A stretch of DNA of 64,000 nt from Methylococcales bacterium (GTDB lineage Bacteria; Pseudomonadota; Gammaproteobacteria; Methylococcales; DRLZ01): the NCBI GenBank assembly GCA_965224565.1, contig CBDCZN010000002.1, forward strand, positions 1,636,309 through 1,700,308, written 5' to 3'. Below, in pieces: positions 48,468 to 58,156 of this stretch. Made by a program: the position numbers and the translations under genes. The notes below the pieces were generated by a model. That model saw only the letters and a list, made by a program, of their open reading frames with translations, made no database searches and was not told the origin of the DNA. Numbering within the stretch: position 1 is the first letter of the stretch; every line of letters begins with the position of its first letter.

Positions 48468-50027
48468 ATGATAAAAAAAATGACGTTATTAAGAAGAGTG
48501 TTGTCTTTGACTCTGATTTTCACCATTTCAATGGCGGCAGATGTTTCTTCCGACACCGGATTTCAAAACACCATTCCTATTTCCTCTCTCGATACGCTAT
48601 TGAACGCAACGGATGAAAAAGCTGAATGTATAGCCATCGACGATTCAACAGAGACTACCTGGAATGCTGGTGAGATTTGCTTTGCTTCAGACAAAAATTC
48701 CTCAACAGCAAATTTATCAGTTGCCAATGCACAATCGAGAGCTGCCAGTCTGGAGGTATCAGAAAATATAGTGGGGGACAGTAGTCGACTTGGTGCAGAA
48801 TGCATTTCGGATGGCGGATCGTTCCCTGCAAGTGACAGTCCTGAAGGGTTTTGCCTGGCTGCCGACCTTAATACCTCGATATCTGGTCTCGCTAACTTTG
48901 CAGTCGCCAATGAATTACCCGTGGCAGGAATGCAATTTCTGCAAGCTACTTTTGCTGATGGTAGCACTCTGGGAGCTAATGCACCTATTTCTGCAGATAG
49001 TGCAGAATGTGTGTCAGCTGGTGGATCACTCTCATCGCAAGTGAATTCAGAAGGTTTCTGTTTGGCATCAGATCTGAGTCGGTCGGCATCAACCTTTGCG
49101 AATTTTGCTGTTGCCAATGGCCTGCCGGTTGTGGGCTTACAGTTTTTACAGGTACTATTTAGCGAGACAGGTGCTTCCTCCGACACAAATACGGACTGCG
49201 CGTCGGTTGGGGGTTCGAGCGCTGCTACTGGATCCACTGGAGGGTTTTGTCTGGCTTCGGATCTTAGTACATCGACAGCAGGCCTCGCGAATTTCTCGGT
49301 TGCCCATGACGTACCCGTAACAAATTTACAGTTTTTACAGGTTACATTTGAAGATGCCGAATCGTCTAGTGAATCGTTTTCATTCCCGGGTGCAGGTGCA
49401 CCGTCCGGTGCAGAATGCATTTCTGTCGATGATTCAATCGCTGCAATTGCAAATCCACAAGGATTTTGCCTGGTTTCGGATCTCATGGAGTCACTAGAAG
49501 ACTCTGCAGATATTACGATTGCCAATAATTTATCTGTATCGGGAATGCAATTTCTACAGGCAGAGTTTGCAGCTGGTGGATTACCCGCTTCTTCCGGTGG
49601 CGGTGCAGAGTGTGCGTCTGATGCTGGTTCGATTGCAGCTGCCGGGAATCCAGAGGGATTTTGTCTGGTTGCAGATTTGATCAATTCAACAATGGAATCG
49701 GCTAATATTGCAGTTGCCAATGATTTACCCGTTGTGGCTTGGGAATTTATACAAGTCCCATCTGAAAACGTTCCTCCACTTGATGGATCCGGTAATCCCA
49801 CAGACGCAGGTGTGCCAGTAGGTGTTGTTGTTTCCGGTTTCGAGGAATTCCCTTTTATTCCAACACCTGATGATTTACCAGAAGAAATATCCTCATCAGC
49901 ACTTGTAGACAGTGTTGAAAGTCAAACCCCGTTTTTTCACTTATCTGATCAAACGAATGGGATAGAGATATACTCGACCCCATATTGGCGCACTTACCCA
50001 CATCTAGGGCTTTGGATTGGTCGCTAG
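48468..50027 (+). CDS. secreted protein with ~6 tandem Cys-containing modules (AEC..GG..EGFCL.SDL...ANFAVAN.LPV.G.QFLQ)
   Basis: ORF 48444..50027; ATG at 48468 (MIKKMTLLRRVLSLTLIFTISMA/AD). One degenerate and five clear ~58-64-aa repeats lie between nt ~48621 and ~49760. Each has two Cys and ends in [ML]QFLQ or WEFIQ. An ~85-aa non-repeat C-terminus follows. Confidence 0.75.
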   Translation: MIKKMTLLRRVLSLTLIFTISMAADVSSDTGFQNTIPISSLDTLLNATDEKAECIAIDDSTETTWNAGEICFASDKNSSTANLSVANAQSRAASLEVSENIVGDSSRLGAECISDGGSFPASDSPEGFCLAADLNTSISGLANFAVANELPVAGMQFLQATFADGSTLGANAPISADSAECVSAGGSLSSQVNSEGFCLASDLSRSASTFANFAVANGLPVVGLQFLQVLFSETGASSDTNTDCASVGGSSAATGSTGGFCLASDLSTSTAGLANFSVAHDVPVTNLQFLQVTFEDAESSSESFSFPGAGAPSGAECISVDDSIAAIANPQGFCLVSDLMESLEDSADITIANNLSVSGMQFLQAEFAAGGLPASSGGGAECASDAGSIAAAGNPEGFCLVADLINSTMESANIAVANDLPVVAWEFIQVPSENVPPLDGSGNPTDAGVPVGVVVSGFEEFPFIPTPDDLPEEISSSALVDSVESQTPFFHLSDQTNGIEIYSTPYWRTYPHLGLWIGR

Positions 50028-50028
50028 T

Positions 50029-50193
50029 TATACTCTCCGCACATGAAAATCTAGCATCCTGTGCACGCATTTTTTTGCGGATAACTGCGTTGAAAAACCT
50101 TGCTGTAGAGTGACTACAGCTAAGATTTTCCGCCTTGCTCTCCACAAAATATCACGCACACAAAATGCTAGATTTTCATGTGCGAAGAGTATA
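50029..50193. mobile_element. 165-bp MITE, copy 2
   Basis: Same element and orientation as 45530..45694. It starts 2 nt after the stop codon (50025..50027) of the repeat-protein gene. Confidence 0.85.
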
Positions 50194-50232
50194 TCTCGAA
50201 TGTTTACAACGTTCTACTATTGGTCATAGAGA

Positions 50233-50276
50233 ATTCACGAGTTCTTAAAAATGTACTTTTTTAAGAACTCGTGAAT
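50233..50276. repeat. 18-bp perfect-stem hairpin
   Basis: ATTCACGAGTTCTTAAAA (50233..50250) / TTTTAAGAACTCGTGAAT (50259..50276) with an 8-nt loop. It may be a terminator or an operator. Confidence 0.6.
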
Positions 50277-50311
50277 AGAGATAGAAATTACAGATTTTAT
50301 CGCCAGTAATA

Positions 50312-50478
50312 CTAAGAAGCTGTTTGGTTAAAAATGTCCGCTGCAAAGCCCTTGAAATCGTTGTATTTTTCCGCTTCTCCTCGTTAAATAGCGCAACTAT
50401 TCGCCTCGAAGCAGCGAAAAAATTCAATCGATTCAAGAACTTTTCGCTTGGACATTTTTTAACCAAAAAGCTTCTAAG
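50312..50478. repeat. 167-bp imperfect long palindrome (MITE-like)
   Basis: The ends CTAAGAAGCTGTTTGGTTAAAAATGTCC and GGACATTTTTTAACCAAAAAGCTTCTAAG are imperfect reverse complements. The interior is also self-complementary (CTTGAAATCGTTGTATTTTTCCGCT / AGCGAAAAAATTCAATCGATTCAAG). Confidence 0.55.
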
Positions 50479-50632
50479 TTGTTTTTTTATAGAAAATATA
50501 ATTCCATTCTTTAACTTCTGAAATTTCTACGTTTTCATACGGATTGTATTCACAACAATCTCATTGACCATTGTGCTTCTTTTAATTTCTTTTTACTTCA
50601 ATCTCTGGCTAAACTTTGTAACAATAAGAGAT

Positions 50633-52756
50633 GTGAACGTGCAGCTTAATACAAACCAACCTTTGGTTTTGATCATTGATGACGATGTAACCACCCAAGT
50701 GCTCGCCAGCCGATTTCTTGAAAATTCTGGATTCCGAACACTTTCAGCGACTAATGGTCAGCAAGGTCTGGAAATCTTTGAACAATCCAATCCAGATATC
50801 ATTCTGCTGGATGTTGAAATGCCGGAAATGGACGGGTTTGCAGTTTGCAAAAAACTGCGTGCATTGCGTCAAGGTAAAAACATTCCAATTTTAATGATTA
50901 CCGGGTTAGATGATGTCGCATCCATTCAAAACGCATATGGATTAGGCGCTACCGATTTTGCTACCAAACCAGTCAACTGGGAAATTATGGTCTATCGGGT
51001 GCGCTATTTACTACGCGCAAGCATGGTGGTCAAGGCGCTTGAAGCAAGTAAGATACGTTTGGCGAAGGCTCAACAAATCGCCAATATGGGTAACTGGGAT
51101 TGGGATATTTCCAAGGATACCATTGATTGGTCGGATGAAGTCTATCGTATTTTTCAAGTCAATCCGATCACAGTAAAGTTTAATCGTAAAATTTTTTTCG
51201 ACCTGGTTCATCCAGATGATCGTGAGGAACTAATAACATCCTTTAAGGTTGCACTGGATAAACAGCAGCCCTCCAACTTCGAATATCGCATTTTGTTAGG
51301 GGATGGTAGTGTGCGTTATTTGCATCACCAATCCGAAATCACGCTCAGTCCAGACAATGTAGCCATTAAACTCTCCGGCACTATCCAGGATATCAGTGAG
51401 AGGAAGTTGGCTGAGGAAAAGATACGACGCTTTGCCTATTACGATAGCCTAACTGGTTTGTTAAATCGCTTGTCTTTTCTGGAGCGGTTGGAAAGCGCCT
51501 TATCGTTTGCTAAAAGCAATAATCGAATTATGGCGATATTGTTTCTGGACCTGGATGATTTTAAACGCGTTAATGATACCCTCGGGCATGATCGAGGTGA
51601 TTTGCTGTTAAAATCGGTAGCTCAACGATTACTTGAAGGAACAGAGGCAAACAATACGATACCAGGTCGTGAGGTAGATGGCATGCAAGCCAACGTTGCA
51701 CGTTTAGGGGGTGACGAATTTACCGTTCTGTTAACCGAAATAACCAAAATAGAAGATGTTGGCCAGAATGCACACCGCATCCTGAAATTGTTATCAGAGC
51801 CAGTTTCCCTGGATGGCCATAAGGTTTTCGCAACGCCGAGTATCGGTATTGCAATTTATCCTTACGATGGACAAGATGTCAGTAGTTTGCTCAAGAATGC
51901 CGATACCGCAATGTATCATGCCAAAAAGTCTGGTAAGGGCAATTACCAATTTTACGCGAAATCCATGAATGCCCATGGTTTTATGCGCTTGAGCCTGGAA
52001 AGCGATTTACGCAAGGCGCTTGAAAACAATGAGTTACTTCTCGATTATCAGCCAATTGTAGATGGCCGAACTGAAAAGATTATTGGAGCCGAATCTTTAC
52101 TGAGATGGAATAATCTGAATCATGGTTTAGTACCCCCCGACGAGTTTATTTCGATCGCTGAAGGGAATGGCATGATTGTCGAGATTGGCAAATGGGTCTT
52201 GCGTAGTGCGTGTATGCAAAACAAAATATGGCAAGCAGCAGGTTTTGAACCAATTCAGATAGCGGTTAATCTGAGCAGTCTCCAATTCCGACACAGTGAT
52301 TTACTGGATACCATTACTGATGTTTTAAAGGAAAGTGCATTGGATCCTGAACATCTGGTGTTGGAATTGAACGAAGCGATGATCATGCATAATTCCGAAC
52401 ATACTATTTCTATCTTGCAGAAATTGAAAGAAATTGGGGTCAGGGTTTCAATCGACAATTTCGGCACTGGATATTCTTCTTTGAGCTATCTCAAGCAATT
52501 CCCTGTGGACATTCTTAAGATTGACAAGTCTCTTTTAATTGACCTGCCTGAGGATCACAAAAATGCTGCCATCACTACAGCGGTTATCGCAATGGCGCAT
52601 GGTTTGGATTTAGAAATTATTGCTGAAGGGGTCGAAACACTCCAACAGGTAGCGTTTCTGAGAGAGTTGGATTGCGATGCCTTGCAAGGTTATCTGTATG
52701 GTAAGCCGATTTCGGCAAACGACTTCACAAATATGCTGGAAAGCAATCACAGGTAG
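50633..52756 (+). CDS. response regulator with REC-PAS-GGDEF-EAL domains (c-di-GMP turnover)
   Basis: ORF 50564..52756 has no ATG before the REC domain, so the start is TTG 50564 or GTG 50633 (AAGAG upstream). REC (LVLIIDDD...LLDVEMPEMDG...TKP), PAS (NMGNWDWDISKDTIDWSDEVYRIF), GGDEF (RLGGDEF), and EAL with variant motifs (AESLLRW, DNFGTGYSS, EGVET, QGY). Confidence 0.88.
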   Translation: MNVQLNTNQPLVLIIDDDVTTQVLASRFLENSGFRTLSATNGQQGLEIFEQSNPDIILLDVEMPEMDGFAVCKKLRALRQGKNIPILMITGLDDVASIQNAYGLGATDFATKPVNWEIMVYRVRYLLRASMVVKALEASKIRLAKAQQIANMGNWDWDISKDTIDWSDEVYRIFQVNPITVKFNRKIFFDLVHPDDREELITSFKVALDKQQPSNFEYRILLGDGSVRYLHHQSEITLSPDNVAIKLSGTIQDISERKLAEEKIRRFAYYDSLTGLLNRLSFLERLESALSFAKSNNRIMAILFLDLDDFKRVNDTLGHDRGDLLLKSVAQRLLEGTEANNTIPGREVDGMQANVARLGGDEFTVLLTEITKIEDVGQNAHRILKLLSEPVSLDGHKVFATPSIGIAIYPYDGQDVSSLLKNADTAMYHAKKSGKGNYQFYAKSMNAHGFMRLSLESDLRKALENNELLLDYQPIVDGRTEKIIGAESLLRWNNLNHGLVPPDEFISIAEGNGMIVEIGKWVLRSACMQNKIWQAAGFEPIQIAVNLSSLQFRHSDLLDTITDVLKESALDPEHLVLELNEAMIMHNSEHTISILQKLKEIGVRVSIDNFGTGYSSLSYLKQFPVDILKIDKSLLIDLPEDHKNAAITTAVIAMAHGLDLEIIAEGVETLQQVAFLRELDCDALQGYLYGKPISANDFTNMLESNHR

Positions 52757-52781
52757 TTAGGGTTGCATAAATCCTCACTCC

Positions 52782-55499
52782 TTATCCGTCTGATTCTTTC
52801 AGAAAGCTTTCATAGGCTTTCTCAACTAAATGGTATTCATCAATAATGGACTTCCATGCTTTTTCTGCTTTGAGGGAATCACTTTGTTTAGCGGCAGCCT
52901 CTAATTGCGTATAGAGTTCAGATAATTTCGGGGCGGCTATATTCATGCTGCTGGTTTTCAATTGATGTGCATTTTTTGCAATTGTATCCATTTTCTTTTC
53001 TGAAAAGGCCAATTCAATTTGTGGAATCAATTGTTCAGTGCTTGTAAAAAAGGCCGCACTAATTTTAGCAACAAAGTTTTTTGATCCTGTCTTATCCAGT
53101 TCCATTAATGCTTTTATCATTGTCGCATCCAGGGCATTGTTTGTAGATTGCTGATTATCCTTCGGCGTATCGGTTTGATGTTTGATATCGAATTTCAACC
53201 ATGGCTTAACCACATGGAGCAATTGGCTTTTCTTAAACGGTTTGCTTAAATAATCATTCATTCCGACAGCTATACAGGCTTCGCGATCATCCTTAAATGC
53301 GTTTGCTGTTAATGCAATAATCGGTGTGTGGTGTCCAGTGTGTTTTTCTATCTGGCGTATCGCACGGCTTGCAGCAAAACCATCCAGAACCGGCATCTGA
53401 CAATCCATTAAAATTAAAGAAAAAGAGTTGGATTGATAGCGTTCAATAGCTTGTTGGCCGTTAGACGCAGTCTGATACTTTAAGCCTATTTGATTAAGGA
53501 TGGCTTGCGCCATCAGCATGTTAACCGGATTATCTTCAACAAGCAGAATATTAACTTCTTCGAACTGACTACTAAAATCAGCGTCTACCAAATCTGTATT
53601 GATGAGTCGGTTAATCTGTTCAACCATTTCCAATGCGTCTTGACTGATGTTGATTGATGGTAGTTTGGATAGATGCTTTTCCAGTTCATTGTTTTCATTG
53701 TTTTTGGGATAATAAGCCAGTGATTTTTTTTGCGTACTGAGCTGTTGCCGATCATACCAAAAGACTGTCTGGTCAAGACATTCCTGAGAAAACAGCAACA
53801 CAGCGTATTTGTTGGCTAAATCCGGCTGATGTTGTAGTAAAGGCTGTTTTTCTCTATCGATCGTCTCAACAGCATAGCCTAAATGTTTTAATTGTCGCTT
53901 AAACGCTGAATCAATTTCATTCTCAAACAATGCGATTAAAGGTATTTTTATTGGATTTTGATCAGATTCAGGGGGGCTAAGTCCTAATGGTAATCGCAAC
54001 GTAAACTCAGTCCCTTGTCCCTTGGTACTCTGAAAATTAATTTCGCCATCGAGTATCGCCACCATTTTTTTTACGATCGCCAAACCCAGGCCAGTTCCAC
54101 CATATTTTCGGGTATTTGACGCATCTGCCTGGGTAAATGGATCAAACAATTGCGCTTGTTTTTCTTCTGAAATGCCAATCCCTGTATCCTTTACAGAAAT
54201 AATCAGGTTACAAGAATCAGTATCGATTTTCTCTGAAATTACCTTGAGTAATACAGAACCTTGCTCAGTAAACTTGACCGCATTACTCAGCAAGTTGTAT
54301 AAAATCTGCTTGATTTTTTGTTCATCTCCATATAAATAACGAGGCGAATCGTTATCAACCTGGTGTTCTAACAACAGCGACTTGCGACTACTTTCAAAGC
54401 GATTACCAGCCAATACTGTTATCAATAACTCGAATAGATCAAACCAGACAGGATCCAGTTCCATTTTTCCGGCTTCAATTTTGGAAAAATCGAGAATATC
54501 GTTGATTTGGTTCAGCAGGGAATTGCCTGATTGATTGATAATGCTGATATGTTCGTTTTGCTGATGATCCAGATGCGTATCTTTCAGCAAATCCGAGAAA
54601 CCGATAATAGCATTCAGTGGCGTGCGAATTTCATGACTCATGACTGATAAAAATTCAGATTTTGCAAGACTGGCTTTTTGAGCTTGATCGGCTAGCATAA
54701 GTGCTTTGTTTTTTGACTCAGTTAAGTCATGGGTGCGTTCTAGCACTGTTTCTTCAAGGGTGTTTTTTTGTTGGATCAGTCTATCGTTCCAGAATTCGAT
54801 GCTATCAAGCATATAGTTAAATGCATGACCCAGGCGTCCGATTTCATCGGTTGACTGAATGGTTGCGCGTTGACCAAATTGACCTGAGTGACTGATTTGT
54901 TCGCTAATAGCCAGTAGCTCCAGAATTGGGGCAGTGAGTTTTTTGGCAAATTGATCCATAATCAGAAAAATCAGCCAGGACGCAATCATTAATCCCAAAA
55001 ATGCAATCCCCAGTTCTTTAAACAAACGTTGGTAAATATCATTCAAGCTGATTATCAACAATATTTTCCCATAGTTAACATTATCTAAAATCAATGACTT
55101 ACAGGCAGTAAGAAAGGATATGCTGAATGTATATTCCTGACATTCATTGAAAATCGCTTTTTTATTTTTTGGCAAAAACCAATGACCTTCACGCTGATAA
55201 AACGCAAAAACGTGTTGTTCGTTGGGTTTTAAAACAGCCGCATAAACTATATTTTTACGGGCTTGAAGAGTCTCTAAAGTTTGTTTGGCATCTTCGTGAT
55301 GATCAAAAATTAATGAGGGGGTGATTGCTAACGTGGTCACTTTTGCCAGTGCATTGATCTCGTTTTTTAAAATAGATTTGTTGGAAAGGAAAGCATTGAG
55401 TAATAAAGTGCTTCCTGCAACGAACAGCATGAATAAGATGCTCTTGCCTAAGAGGTTCCTTAATTTAATTCTAATCGAAGTATTCGCTAATGAGGACAT
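52782..55499 (-). CDS. hybrid sensor histidine kinase (periplasmic sensor-HAMP-HisKA-HATPase-REC-Hpt)
   Basis: 905 aa. Two TM segments flank a ~150-aa periplasmic region. HAMP, H-box [14 protein letters not shown]-box [14 protein letters not shown] ([10 protein letters not shown]...[11 protein letters not shown]...SKP), and C-terminal Hpt (AHQLKTSS). Confidence 0.9.
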   Translation of the reverse strand: MSSLANTSIRIKLRNLLGKSILFMLFVAGSTLLLNAFLSNKSILKNEINALAKVTTLAITPSLIFDHHEDAKQTLETLQARKNIVYAAVLKPNEQHVFAFYQREGHWFLPKNKKAIFNECQEYTFSISFLTACKSLILDNVNYGKILLIISLNDIYQRLFKELGIAFLGLMIASWLIFLIMDQFAKKLTAPILELLAISEQISHSGQFGQRATIQSTDEIGRLGHAFNYMLDSIEFWNDRLIQQKNTLEETVLERTHDLTESKNKALMLADQAQKASLAKSEFLSVMSHEIRTPLNAIIGFSDLLKDTHLDHQQNEHISIINQSGNSLLNQINDILDFSKIEAGKMELDPVWFDLFELLITVLAGNRFESSRKSLLLEHQVDNDSPRYLYGDEQKIKQILYNLLSNAVKFTEQGSVLLKVISEKIDTDSCNLIISVKDTGIGISEEKQAQLFDPFTQADASNTRKYGGTGLGLAIVKKMVAILDGEINFQSTKGQGTEFTLRLPLGLSPPESDQNPIKIPLIALFENEIDSAFKRQLKHLGYAVETIDREKQPLLQHQPDLANKYAVLLFSQECLDQTVFWYDRQQLSTQKKSLAYYPKNNENNELEKHLSKLPSINISQDALEMVEQINRLINTDLVDADFSSQFEEVNILLVEDNPVNMLMAQAILNQIGLKYQTASNGQQAIERYQSNSFSLILMDCQMPVLDGFAASRAIRQIEKHTGHHTPIIALTANAFKDDREACIAVGMNDYLSKPFKKSQLLHVVKPWLKFDIKHQTDTPKDNQQSTNNALDATMIKALMELDKTGSKNFVAKISAAFFTSTEQLIPQIELAFSEKKMDTIAKNAHQLKTSSMNIAAPKLSELYTQLEAAAKQSDSLKAEKAWKSIIDEYHLVEKAYESFLKESDG

Positions 55500-55556
55500 G
55501 ATCTCAATATGTTTTTGAATGACGCTTCATGCAATGATTCAATACACTCAATTTGT

Positions 55557-56102
55557 TTATGGTAAATCAACAATTGTCGCTAATTTTAAAATTCTTGAAC
55601 TAATGACCAGTCCAGATTGTTTAACGATGGGCAAATGAATGCTTAATTGAATTTTTCCATTAATTTTTTCTAAACTCACCATTCCCCTGGTTTTTAGAAA
55701 AGCACTATTTTCACCCACTGTTAAAACGGGTCGTCCAATCACTTCTAATAATACTTGTTGCAGATCTCGGCGTTCTAATTCACTAACATAAATTAAATGA
55801 CACTCGGCTAAATTACGCAGACGTGAACGATTTAAAATACGCAAGGTTTTACCTTTAATCGGTGTGTTGTCCAGATCCGCAAAAGATGCTTGAACCACAT
55901 TATCACCAATGACACATAAATTTAAGAGAGGTGTATCCTTGTCAAAAACCCATTCGGGCCAACGGGTATAACGAGCCAGGTTGAGCGTTAAAACAGCTAG
56001 AATCGCTTGTTTTTCAACGGATCGAGAGTGAATCGGCACAGGGCGACTAAAAAAAAGCAACACACAAACAATCAATACTACTTTTTTTGTCGTGCTCAGC
56101 AT
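55557..56102 (-). CDS. YfiR/DUF4154 family periplasmic protein
   Basis: 181 aa. Signal peptide, LAVLTLNLARYTRWPE motif, and the common TonB-receptor/DUF4154/sensor-kinase gene order. Confidence 0.7.
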   Translation of the reverse strand: MLSTTKKVVLIVCVLLFFSRPVPIHSRSVEKQAILAVLTLNLARYTRWPEWVFDKDTPLLNLCVIGDNVVQASFADLDNTPIKGKTLRILNRSRLRNLAECHLIYVSELERRDLQQVLLEVIGRPVLTVGENSAFLKTRGMVSLEKINGKIQLSIHLPIVKQSGLVISSRILKLATIVDLP

Positions 56103-56122
56103 GGTTTGATGGTAATTAATGA

Positions 56123-58156
56123 CTAAAACTGCCAGGTTAATTTACCATAAAAACCTCGGTCAATTTCTGTAGGGGTTGTTATTACTTCCTGTAGGTATTC
56201 CAGATGCTGATTAGCCAGTAAGTTTTGCCCAACCAGCGATAATTCAAGGTTGTTGATCGGTCTCCAGGCCAGACGAATATCCATCGAAACATAATCACTA
56301 ATCGCTGTAGAACCAAATATACCGACCGCAGTATTGGTATCGACATAGCGAAACAGCACATCAAGGTCAATGTTTTTCCAGGGCGACATTGAGCTGCGCA
56401 GTGACACGCGCTGTTGCGGACTGAAACCAGTTTGAATGCGGGCATTTTGGTTACTATAATCTGTTTTTAATAAGCTGTAATTAACATCCCAGCGCCACCA
56501 GTCAAGCATTTGCCAGACTGTGGCAATTTCAAATCCATAGGATTTGGCAGCATGGTTATTGTTGAAAATAAGCGTTTGTTCAACGAAAGCACCATTAAAG
56601 TTAGACAAACCTGTATCCACAGATCTTAAATTGCTGTAATCATTATAAAACGCGGTAAAATCGATAGACACATTATCAATAAGTGTGGTTCTATAACCTG
56701 CTTCATAACTGATAACTTCTTCAGAATTATACTGTTTATTCCCGGTAAGTGACACTGCAACGGTGGGTGAGAAAAAGGGAGGGGCGGGCAATTGTTGTGC
56801 AGGAATGACACTTTTCAATATCGTTAAATCCTGCTCGGCACGTGAGGGGGTTCTCACGGCTCTTGATACAGCTGCCCAGAGACGGTGTTCTTGATGAGGC
56901 GCCCACATTATCCGAGCAGTCGGCTGAGCTTCAAACCCGGTATAGTCATTATGTTCAAATTTGGCACCCAGCGTAAACCATAAGGTGTCATCAACCAGCG
57001 TTATTTCATCCTGCACAAAAGCGCTGAAAAGTTGATCATTGCGATTAGGTGAACGGATTTCGACAAGATCACTCAGGTGAAAATCATCATGGGTATAGCG
57101 GTAGCCTGCACCCCAGATCACATCGTTGATTTCGTATAGAGCAAAGCGATTTTGAAAATCAATATCGACTGTATGCCGACTTTCTTTTAAGAAAAACTCA
57201 TCGCGTTCATAGAAGTCATAAAAAACCTGCAAGGAATAATCAGCAGTAGAAGAAAAAGTATGCTGTTGACGCAGCATCAGATTTCCGCCAGAACTATCAA
57301 TGTTTTCATTAAATTTGTTTTGAAAAGGCGGTAAAACTTGAGGCACTGTAGTTTGTTGATTGATACTACCGTAATAAGCATCGCCTTCTATTGTTAGAGA
57401 ATCATGATCAGTCAGCTGAGAATCCATTCTGAAGCCACCTTGAACCTTATCCCAATCATCGCCGGCCTCTTCACCTGTTTTTCGGCTGCTCTCATCACGC
57501 TTAAAACCTTTTACATATGCTCGCGCTGTGGTGTCGGGATTTAGTTCAGCACCATAACGAAAAGCACCAAAAGCGCGTTCCTCGGTACCGCCACCAGCAA
57601 CGAATAATCCACCTTGGGTATCTGCTGAATGTTTGGTAATGATATTAATTACGCCATTCACTGCGTTTGCTCCCCATAATGTCGCACCTGGCCCACGAAT
57701 AATCTCAATACGGTCGATATCTTCCATCATTACATCCTGATTTTCCCAGTAGACCCCGGAAAATGCACGCGTATAAGCATTACGCCCATCAATTAAAACC
57801 AGTAGTTTATTGGCAAAACGACCATTAAAGCCTCGGGCACTGACTGCCCATTTGTTTGTATCGATGCGGGAAACGTCCAGGCCAGGTGCCAGGCGTAATG
57901 CCTCAGGAATAGAGGTTGCACCAATGCGTTTGATGTCATCCTGATTGATGACGAATATTGCAGCGGGGGAGTCATTCAGAGACTTTGCTTTTTTGGAAAC
58001 GGAGATTACTTTTGCATTGAGAAGATCTTCCACACTTAACCCCAGTAAGTCATCGACATCAGAATAGGCGATTGAAATGTGACTCCAATAGAATAAGGTT
58101 GTGAATAAGAATATTTTTATCGTGTGTTTTTCGTAGTTCATTAGGATGTTTATCAT
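56123..58156 (-). CDS. TonB-dependent receptor
   Basis: 677 aa. Signal peptide, plug domain (SPAAIFVINQDDIKRIGATSIPEALRLAPGLDV, IDGRNAYT, IEIIRGPGATLWGANAVNGVINIITK), 22-strand-type barrel, and terminal ...GKLTWQF. Confidence 0.9.
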   Translation of the reverse strand: MINILMNYEKHTIKIFLFTTLFYWSHISIAYSDVDDLLGLSVEDLLNAKVISVSKKAKSLNDSPAAIFVINQDDIKRIGATSIPEALRLAPGLDVSRIDTNKWAVSARGFNGRFANKLLVLIDGRNAYTRAFSGVYWENQDVMMEDIDRIEIIRGPGATLWGANAVNGVINIITKHSADTQGGLFVAGGGTEERAFGAFRYGAELNPDTTARAYVKGFKRDESSRKTGEEAGDDWDKVQGGFRMDSQLTDHDSLTIEGDAYYGSINQQTTVPQVLPPFQNKFNENIDSSGGNLMLRQQHTFSSTADYSLQVFYDFYERDEFFLKESRHTVDIDFQNRFALYEINDVIWGAGYRYTHDDFHLSDLVEIRSPNRNDQLFSAFVQDEITLVDDTLWFTLGAKFEHNDYTGFEAQPTARIMWAPHQEHRLWAAVSRAVRTPSRAEQDLTILKSVIPAQQLPAPPFFSPTVAVSLTGNKQYNSEEVISYEAGYRTTLIDNVSIDFTAFYNDYSNLRSVDTGLSNFNGAFVEQTLIFNNNHAAKSYGFEIATVWQMLDWWRWDVNYSLLKTDYSNQNARIQTGFSPQQRVSLRSSMSPWKNIDLDVLFRYVDTNTAVGIFGSTAISDYVSMDIRLAWRPINNLELSLVGQNLLANQHLEYLQEVITTPTEIDRGFYGKLTWQF

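Noticed and set aside
48621-49760. Periodic DNA repeats that might be mistaken for a CRISPR array or satellite
   Set aside because: The period is ~180 nt with only moderate DNA identity, and the repeats are in frame and conserved at the protein level. There is no short repeat/spacer architecture and there are no cas genes.
48563-49801. 412-aa ORF antisense to the 6-module protein gene
   Set aside because: It is a mirror-frame artefact of a repetitive, Ala/Ser/Gly-rich coding region. It has no start context or signal. The + strand ORF has a signal peptide, conserved Cys spacing and paralogs elsewhere.
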